Shown one piece after another: positions 57,596 through 64,000 of a stretch of DNA of 64,000 nucleotides. The notes under the pieces are model-generated. The model ran no database searches, had not been told where the DNA came from, and saw only the letters and a list, made by a program, of their open reading frames with translations. This stretch comes from an uncultured Candidatus Rokubacteria bacterium (lineage in GTDB: Bacteria > Methylomirabilota > Methylomirabilia > Rokubacteriales > DASRDR01). Numbering within the stretch: position 1 is the first letter of the stretch; each line of letters starts with the position of its first letter. The stretch is from the NCBI GenBank assembly GCA_963805625.1, contig CAWDVE010000013.1, positions 320,001-384,000 of the forward strand. Direction: 5' to 3'. The position numbers were made by a program, and so were the translations under genes.

Positions 57596-60304
57596 TCAGA
57601 AGGTCTTCAAGAACTCGATCAGCGCCAGCTTGTCGGTGTCGCTCAGATTGGTGCCGAAGTAGTGGCCCCGGTTGACGACGTAGTCCGGGCACTTGCTGAG
57701 CTCCAGCAGCGGGTCGATCAGGTTCGCGAACGCCTGCTCCTTCTGCGCGGCGGTCGCGTTGTCAGGCAACGCCTTCAGGTCCCTCGCGGCCTTCTTGCCC
57801 AGCCGCAACAGCTTCTTGAAATGATCGGCCCGCTCCCGGTGCCCCGTCCCTTCGGAGACGAACGGCACGCTGGCCAGCAGTCCGACCGGCGTGCCCTTGG
57901 GAATCGGGCCGATCTCCAGCCCGTACTTGCTAAAGAACGCGGGAAACGACGCGCTCAAGACGTCCATCACTCGGCTGAAACTGGTCGGAAGATATCCCCA
58001 CGACACTCTCAGGTAGCTGTCGGCGGTCGTGCGCTGGATGTACCCCGGAACCTTGTCCCCCAGGACCGAGTCCTTGCGGCGCTTCTCGGGCCACAGCATC
58101 TGCTGGATCGAGTCGTTGAACGACGCCATGCGCGCCTCGACGCTGGGCTCTCCGTAGAAAGTCCCGACCGCGTTGTTGAGCAGGAAGGGCGCCGTCGACC
58201 ACAGGCTGATGAGCGACGCCGGTCGCGTGTAGCCCCGCCCGTCTCCCGGCATCTCGTACTCCCACGGCTCGCCGGTCTTGGGATGGTGGACCGTGAACTT
58301 GCCCACCGCGGGCAGCTCCTTGTACGTCGTCGACGTGAAGTTGTCCCAGATGTCGCCCCGGAGACCGTTCGTCGCGAGCGGGCTGCACGCGTTGGTGCCG
58401 AGCTCTGTCACCGCGATGCGCCGCTCGGTCGACAGGAAGTTGTCGGCCAGAAAGTCGGGCTCCATGACCTTCTTCCGCATCCACTCGAAGTAGCCGGCGG
58501 AGTTCTCGATGATCTGGTCCTTCTTGCACGCGGTTCCAAGCGGGCACAGGTCCGCCGGCTGCTTGCCGGAGTGGCAGCGTGCGCAGTTCTCGGCGAAGAC
58601 GATCTTGCCGCGGTTGAGCTTGTTCTGATCCGTGGTCAGATAGGTCTTGCCGCCCGGCGCGTCCTTCAAGTGGTCGGGCCGCGCGCTCGCCAGGAAGAAC
58701 AGGGCAAGGTCGGGCGTCTGCGCGACGTTGGCGTTCCAGTACGTCGAGTTCTTCTGCAGTACGGCGATCTCGATCGGGGTAATCCTCTTGCCGGGAATGT
58801 TCCCGATCAACGGCCTGAAATGGAGGAGCCACTCCTCGCTGAACAGGCCGATGTTGATGTAGACGCGGTTCAACGCGCCGAGAATCCCGACCGAATCGGC
58901 GCCATCCTTGAGCACATGAGCGGTCAGCACGGTGTCCGGCGGAATGAAGTACTTCGAGAGCGTCTTGGTGTTGGGGTACTCGTTGAACTGCTTGTTCAGA
59001 ACCTCCCCGCCAGTTAGCTTCTCCGGATGGAACTCGGCCATTTGCAGGCGCGCCGCGATGCTGTAGACCGCGTTCATCGTGCGGGGGTTGTTGATGTTGT
59101 CGCTCGAGACGAGCGACGTGTCGAGGGAGCCCGGCAGAGAAGTGTGAAACAGCTGGAAGACGAAGCTCTCGTGCCGACCCTTCGGATTCCAGAAGAAGAT
59201 TCGGTCGATCCAGAAATACTGCGCACCCGGGTTGGAGTTCAGGTTCTTCCACTCCGGATTCTCGGGGTCCTTCGGCGGATCGATCGGACTCGGACCGACG
59301 TGGCAGAAGCCGCACGACATCCCGACACGGTATGGCCGCACGAGGCTCTTGTCGTTGTAGTACTCGGGATCGGTGTGGTACCGGATCGGATCCCATCTCT
59401 TCTTGGCCGCCTCGTCGAACGCCGGATTCGGGAAGAGACGCAAGCCCACGACACCGCTGGCGTAGCCATAGTAGGAGCCTACGGGTACGGTCTTGCCCCG
59501 GGCTCCGACCCTCACCCCGGGATACTTGCTCTCGTCCTCGAAGGGGTCGGGTTGGCCGACGCGCCGGTCCAGCCACAGGCCAAATCGCTTGGCATCGCCG
59601 CACTGGCCGTAGGGCTCCTGGTCGGTCTTCTTGTCGGCCTTCCAGTCGCAGCCCTTGGGATCCCACGGCTGGAAGCCCGGTTCGTTCACCAGTCCGAAAT
59701 ACTTCCACCGGTTGGCCCGGGACGCCTCGTAGAACTGGCGGTCCTCGCCCTGACAGGCGTCGTCCTCGTAGACGTAATAACCGGGCGGATACGGCGCCGC
59801 CGCCGGTTTGCCCGTGACGTATCCGGAGGGCGCGCCCTTCGCGTATGGGCCAGCGCCCTCCGTGCCGTAGCCGTACTCGGCCCTCTTGTTCCCGCAGTAC
59901 CGGATGCTCGGATGGGAAGACACGGTCTTCAACAGATCGAAGGCACCGAAGGAGTTGTTCCCCAAGAAATCCCACAGCGTGTCGTTGCCCGCCGTCCAGA
60001 CGACCCAGTTGTTGCGTCCCCTGTTGTAGGCCTTCCACGCCTCGTCCTTCGACAAGTGCGTTTCACGCAGGGCCGCGTACACGGCATCGGCATTCAACCC
60101 CCGGTCCATGGCCCGCAGGTAGTCACTGTCCGACCCCGGCAGGTCCTTGGCGACGAGACCGGCCCTCATCGCCTCGTCCTTCACAGAGCCGGGCCCCGGC
60201 CCGCCCAGGAACCTCACCAGAAGAACCGCTACCCCTATCGCCACGATCAGAACGATCACGCCAAGCAGTCGCCACAGCCATCTCAGCGGAGAGCCCTTCG
60301 CCAT
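57596..60304 (-). CDS. Large membrane-anchored diheme cytochrome c, RoxA/MauG-superfamily-like
   Basis: N-terminal TM; CGFCH and CARCH; GYTRPASL.SLWSTAPFL.N; GH.FG..LSD.DK.ALIEFLKTF. Confidence 0.8.
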   Translation of the reverse strand: MAKGSPLRWLWRLLGVIVLIVAIGVAVLLVRFLGGPGPGSVKDEAMRAGLVAKDLPGSDSDYLRAMDRGLNADAVYAALRETHLSKDEAWKAYNRGRNNWVVWTAGNDTLWDFLGNNSFGAFDLLKTVSSHPSIRYCGNKRAEYGYGTEGAGPYAKGAPSGYVTGKPAAAPYPPGYYVYEDDACQGEDRQFYEASRANRWKYFGLVNEPGFQPWDPKGCDWKADKKTDQEPYGQCGDAKRFGLWLDRRVGQPDPFEDESKYPGVRVGARGKTVPVGSYYGYASGVVGLRLFPNPAFDEAAKKRWDPIRYHTDPEYYNDKSLVRPYRVGMSCGFCHVGPSPIDPPKDPENPEWKNLNSNPGAQYFWIDRIFFWNPKGRHESFVFQLFHTSLPGSLDTSLVSSDNINNPRTMNAVYSIAARLQMAEFHPEKLTGGEVLNKQFNEYPNTKTLSKYFIPPDTVLTAHVLKDGADSVGILGALNRVYINIGLFSEEWLLHFRPLIGNIPGKRITPIEIAVLQKNSTYWNANVAQTPDLALFFLASARPDHLKDAPGGKTYLTTDQNKLNRGKIVFAENCARCHSGKQPADLCPLGTACKKDQIIENSAGYFEWMRKKVMEPDFLADNFLSTERRIAVTELGTNACSPLATNGLRGDIWDNFTSTTYKELPAVGKFTVHHPKTGEPWEYEMPGDGRGYTRPASLISLWSTAPFLLNNAVGTFYGEPSVEARMASFNDSIQQMLWPEKRRKDSVLGDKVPGYIQRTTADSYLRVSWGYLPTSFSRVMDVLSASFPAFFSKYGLEIGPIPKGTPVGLLASVPFVSEGTGHRERADHFKKLLRLGKKAARDLKALPDNATAAQKEQAFANLIDPLLELSKCPDYVVNRGHYFGTNLSDTDKLALIEFLKTF

Positions 60305-60371
60305 CTCCCGACGTCTCCTTCCCTTGCTGCCGCCGGAGCTTCGCAGCCTCGCCTGGAACCCGACCGCGCGA

Positions 60372-61607
60372 TCAGCCCTCGAGCCGCGCTCGACGGCACC
60401 ACCGAACCAGGAGCCACGCGACGATCACCGCCACGATCAGCATCGCCATCACGATCATCATGATCGGCCCGCAGATCATCGCGACCGTTTCGGTCAAGAA
60501 CACGGTGATGTCCTTGAGCGCCCCGAGCGTTCCCGGGACGCCGAGAGACTCTGCCGGCGGGGGCATTTTGATCTGGTCCTTCTCCCACTTCGGGGCCAGA
60601 TACGGGAACTCTTTCCGGAACGGCCGGTCGTTCTCCGTCGCGCGCGGCCGCTGCGGGCTGTCGATGAACGAGCTCTCGATCAGCGGGCAATCCCCCTGCT
60701 GACAGGTGAGCAGGGCGACATCGTCGGTCAACAGCCGTCCGTTCGGGAAGCCAACCTTGTATTGCTTCGTATAGATCATCACGTCCGGAAAGTAGTCGTC
60801 TGAGCGGATCTTGAACAACGGTTGAAAGGCGTTCACGAATGCCGGAAAGCACTCCATCAGAAATCTCTCGATGCGCACTCTCGTGCGATTGTGCTCCTCA
60901 ATCGCCGCCACGTGCCGGCTGGGGTGGAGCGTGTTCAGGTATTCGAACCGGCCGACCTGCGTCCGGTTGGACCGGCCAACGTGATCGATCTGGACGCCAT
61001 CCTTGAGCCGGGTCGAAGTCCCCCATAGGAGCCAGTCCTTCCGGTCCTTGTCGGGAAAGGAGGAGAACGGAATGCTCAGGATCATCGCGATCGTGTTGCG
61101 GTTGAAAAAACGCGGGAAAATGAACGGATCGTCGAACACGCCAGTGGCCAGCCGGATCTTCTCGCTGTTCTGCAAGCCGTCATACTTGACGCTGCCGAGC
61201 GTGGCGTCGTTCTTGAGGCGGATCTTGATCGTGACGTCTTCCTTGATGCGGCTGGGGTCCTTGACTGTTCCGCCGTAGCGGGTTCTCTGCTGAAGGTTGT
61301 CGATGGTCACCTCGCTGTGCACGTCCATGTAGATGGCGAACTCGAAGGGCTCGAGCTGATACGGCGGCGGGGTGGTCAGCGCTCGCCGGACATTGAGCAT
61401 CACGACCAGCTGATCGCCGTCCGGGAAGGCGAAGAGGTCGGTGATCCCCGATTCCAGCACCTCCAGCACGAGCGGATCGGCATGGTCCGAGCCACTGAGC
61501 GCCGCCGGCAAGCACAGCACCGCGAGACCGAGGGCCAGCATCCCCGCCCTTCGCATGAGCGCTCTCCTTACGGCCGGCTCTGGCCGGCGCCCTGCCTCGA
61601 TGCTCAT
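60372..61607 (-). CDS. DUF4331-like protein with signal peptide and C-terminal TM
   Basis: SDHADP..ITDLFAF, G..DDPF, QIDHVGR, GFPNGRLLTDDV, ND.PF...FPYLAP. Confidence 0.82.
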   Translation of the reverse strand: MSIEAGRRPEPAVRRALMRRAGMLALGLAVLCLPAALSGSDHADPLVLEVLESGITDLFAFPDGDQLVVMLNVRRALTTPPPYQLEPFEFAIYMDVHSEVTIDNLQQRTRYGGTVKDPSRIKEDVTIKIRLKNDATLGSVKYDGLQNSEKIRLATGVFDDPFIFPRFFNRNTIAMILSIPFSSFPDKDRKDWLLWGTSTRLKDGVQIDHVGRSNRTQVGRFEYLNTLHPSRHVAAIEEHNRTRVRIERFLMECFPAFVNAFQPLFKIRSDDYFPDVMIYTKQYKVGFPNGRLLTDDVALLTCQQGDCPLIESSFIDSPQRPRATENDRPFRKEFPYLAPKWEKDQIKMPPPAESLGVPGTLGALKDITVFLTETVAMICGPIMMIVMAMLIVAVIVAWLLVRWCRRARLEG

Positions 61608-62743
61608 GTCCAATGCAACGCCGCGATCAGGTAGAACATGCCGGCGACCAGGATCCCCGCCGAGCCGTAGCGCACCACGCCCGCCGGCACCCCCGCCGCC
61701 AGCGACGCCGTGCGCCGACGAACGTAGGCAAGTCCGAAGAACATCGGCAGGACGACCATCTGGTGGCCGACCTCCACGCCCAGGCTGAACGCGACGATCG
61801 CCAGCCCGGTGGCAAGGCCGGCCATGCCTTCCATCGCGCTCAGCAGGCCGCCGGCAAAGCCGAGACCATGGAAGAGGCCGAAAAAGAACGCGACCAACAG
61901 CCGGCCGGCGCCGCGGCCGCGCTGCGGTTCAATCACGTTCTCGAGGGCGACGAGGACGATCGAGGCCGCGATCATCGGCTCGACGATCTGTTCCGGCAGC
62001 CTGACGACATTCAGCACCGAGAGCGTGAGCGTGAGCGAATGGGCGAGCGTGAACGCGCTCACGACCTTGACGAGGTCCCACAGCGTCGCGACGGCCAGCG
62101 CCAGGGCCGCGATGAACAGAAGGTGGTCGTAGCCCGAGAGGATGTGCAGGATGCCATGGCGGATGAACTCTCTCGCCATCCGTACCTGGTCGAGGCGGCC
62201 CCACCGCCCCTCCGCCATCGCGCGGAGGTCGATGACGAGCGGCTCTCTCGACGTGAGCAACAGGCCCTCCACCGCCGGCTGCTCGTCCTGCTTCACGCGC
62301 ACCACGTAACTCGCCTCCCACGGATTGCCCGGCGCGAACTCGAACTCGCGCAGCACGCTCTGCTCGACCGCGAGGCGCACCGGCGTGCCGTTCACGCCCC
62401 GATACTCGAGCTCGTAGGTCGGGCGGCCCTCGGCCCCGCCGAGGACGCTGACCAGGAGCCCGTGGAGCGGCCGCTCGTCCGCGGCGATGCGCAGGTGCGC
62501 GAGCAGATAGTCGCCGTGCCGACGCACCATCTCGAAGGCCGAGGAGACTCTCGACTCGTCATGGGCCGCGGCCACCAGCACCTCCTCCATGGACACCCGG
62601 GCGGTCACGCGGACGCGTTCAGGCAACACGACGATGTCCAGGGCCCCCTGCGCCACCGGGTGCGCCCCGGCGCCCCGCGTCTCGAACGCCCCGAAGGCGA
62701 GCACGCTCGCGAGGATCAGGCCGAGCCGTTCAGTGATGCGCAT
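61604..62743 (-). CDS. HupE/UreJ_2 family membrane protein with a periplasmic N-terminal domain
   Basis: AHP after the signal peptide; HILSGYDHLLF, FTLAHSLTL, FGLFHGLGFA. Confidence 0.9.
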   Translation of the reverse strand: MRITERLGLILASVLAFGAFETRGAGAHPVAQGALDIVVLPERVRVTARVSMEEVLVAAAHDESRVSSAFEMVRRHGDYLLAHLRIAADERPLHGLLVSVLGGAEGRPTYELEYRGVNGTPVRLAVEQSVLREFEFAPGNPWEASYVVRVKQDEQPAVEGLLLTSREPLVIDLRAMAEGRWGRLDQVRMAREFIRHGILHILSGYDHLLFIAALALAVATLWDLVKVVSAFTLAHSLTLTLSVLNVVRLPEQIVEPMIAASIVLVALENVIEPQRGRGAGRLLVAFFFGLFHGLGFAGGLLSAMEGMAGLATGLAIVAFSLGVEVGHQMVVLPMFFGLAYVRRRTASLAAGVPAGVVRYGSAGILVAGMFYLIAALHWT

Positions 62744-63989
62744 GGAAGTTCTCGTAACCCGGGTTCAGCTCGGCGACCATCTTCAAGAGTCGCTTGCCCT
62801 CGGCGATCCGGCCGGCGGCCAGCGAAATGATCCCGGCGTGGAAGAACACATGCGGGTCTTTCACGCCGGAGGAGAGTGCCGTCTCCATTACGGCCAGCGC
62901 GGGGGCGAACTGGCCGTCGCGGTACAGCGCCCATGCCAGGCCATCCTGGGTGACGAAGTGGGGGCGCAGCTCCGCGTCCCTGCGGGCCCACTTGAGAGCC
63001 TCGGCCCCGTCCTGGCGCACATCGGCATAGAACCTGGCAAGGTGATGGTAGTAGCGGACCTCGCCGCGCCGAGCCGCGTCGAGATAGGCGGCCAGCGCGC
63101 GATCATGCCACGGTCCCGCCTCGCCGGCTCGTCCCATGAACAGGAACAGATCGCCGAGCGCCTGGGCCACCTCGGGCCTCGGCGAGCGCGCGAAGGTTTT
63201 CCGGTAGAGGGCGACCGCCTGGTCGAACTGGCGCTGCGCCGCCAGCAGCTCCGCGAGGTGCGCCTCGACCAACCAGTAGCCCGAGTAGGCCTTGTCGGCC
63301 TGCTGGTAGTGAGCCAGCGCGCGGTCGTAGCGACCGCGGTTGAACTCCAGGAGTCCTCGCTGCACCCCCACCCACGCATGGGAACGCGTCTGCGTCGTCG
63401 CGATCTCGGCTTGGGCTTGCTCGTATAGCCTGTCGGCTCGCTCGGGGTCCCCGAACTTGGCTTCCCAATAGGCGAGGCGCGCCAGGTTGTCCCACGTAGG
63501 GCTTTCCTCGATGGCACGGAGGTATCCGCTCCTCGCCGCCGCGTATCCGCCTTCCTGGAAGGCGACGCCCGCCTGCATGGCCACCACTGGCGCGCCGTCG
63601 ACAAACCTCGAGAGCGCCACGAGGTCGCGATGCGTCTCTTCCAGCCGATGAAGCCGAAAGTCGAGATGGGCCTTGAGGAGGTAGAGGTTGGCCGTCGGGC
63701 CGACCTCTCGGAAGGCGCGGTCGATGGCGGTGTCCGCCATCGTGAAATCGCCCGCCCCCCCCGTCAGCATCGCGCGCTGAAAGAGCCGGTAGGCTAAGCT
63801 CGTCGCCCTGTCGAGATTGAGCGACGGGCCGAACGCACCGTTCTTGAGCTCGGCGATGCTCTTGTCGATTCGCGTCAGCTCGACATCGTAGTCCGTCGCG
63901 GGTGTTGGCTCGCGCCGGACCAGACTAACCAAGGGGACAGACAACAACATCGCCGCGGCGGTCGCGAGAAGCGGTTTGAGCAATCGCAT
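62730..63989 (-). CDS. TPR protein with N-terminal signal/TM
   Basis: Helical repeats; paralog of 38779-39969; ends in FHAHH. Confidence 0.88.
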   Translation of the reverse strand: MRLLKPLLATAAAMLLSVPLVSLVRREPTPATDYDVELTRIDKSIAELKNGAFGPSLNLDRATSLAYRLFQRAMLTGGAGDFTMADTAIDRAFREVGPTANLYLLKAHLDFRLHRLEETHRDLVALSRFVDGAPVVAMQAGVAFQEGGYAAARSGYLRAIEESPTWDNLARLAYWEAKFGDPERADRLYEQAQAEIATTQTRSHAWVGVQRGLLEFNRGRYDRALAHYQQADKAYSGYWLVEAHLAELLAAQRQFDQAVALYRKTFARSPRPEVAQALGDLFLFMGRAGEAGPWHDRALAAYLDAARRGEVRYYHHLARFYADVRQDGAEALKWARRDAELRPHFVTQDGLAWALYRDGQFAPALAVMETALSSGVKDPHVFFHAGIISLAAGRIAEGKRLLKMVAELNPGYENFHAHH

Positions 63990-64000
63990 CAGCGGGGCTG

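Overview
A GC-rich bacterial window. The zinc-ribbon/adenylate-cyclase/TPR family and the gene style suggest Ca. Rokubacteria (Methylomirabilota), which is an inference only. It has five blocks. (1) 1-17.1 kb: two convergent cytochrome operons with about 61 predicted c-type heme motifs (58 CxxCH plus 3 longer-spaced). The + strand carries a Rieske/cytochrome b complex with multiheme partners and ends in a VKOR-thioredoxin fusion whose UxxC motif contains an in-frame TGA followed by a SECIS-like hairpin (probable selenoprotein). The - strand carries NHL lipoproteins, an OmcE-like tetraheme cytochrome, c7-type cytochromes, a beta-barrel porin and a 12-heme protein with an OmcE-like N-terminus (candidate nanowire/porin-cytochrome conduit). 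(2) 17-26.7 kb: gene remnants, a patatin, a cyclohexanecarboxylate (badI-aliA-badH-aliB)-like operon with an internally deleted ligase, and an IlvD-family dehydratase. (3) 26.7-37 kb: a decayed mobile-like region with three thermonuclease copies, an IS3 remnant and a tightly coupled operon (wHTH replication-like protein, membrane ATPase, patatin, half-size TolC, YdjM-hydrolase/HlyD-like fusion, nuclease). (4) 37-47.5 kb: a DUF4331-TPR pair, an Asp-box propeller, an AraC-type response regulator, and a small protein with a 12-Trp/4-Cys/5-His tail upstream of a 675-aa unknown gene. (5) 47.6-64 kb: a long - strand cluster (TPR, HupE/UreJ, DUF4331, RoxA-like diheme protein, GMC-catalase fusion, catalase-like protein, TPR-alpha-dioxygenase-like peroxidase, amylase, SGNH hydrolase) resembling an uncharacterised lipid-oxygenation pathway. 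No rRNA, tRNA or CRISPR array was found. All family calls come from motif recognition by eye, without database searches.
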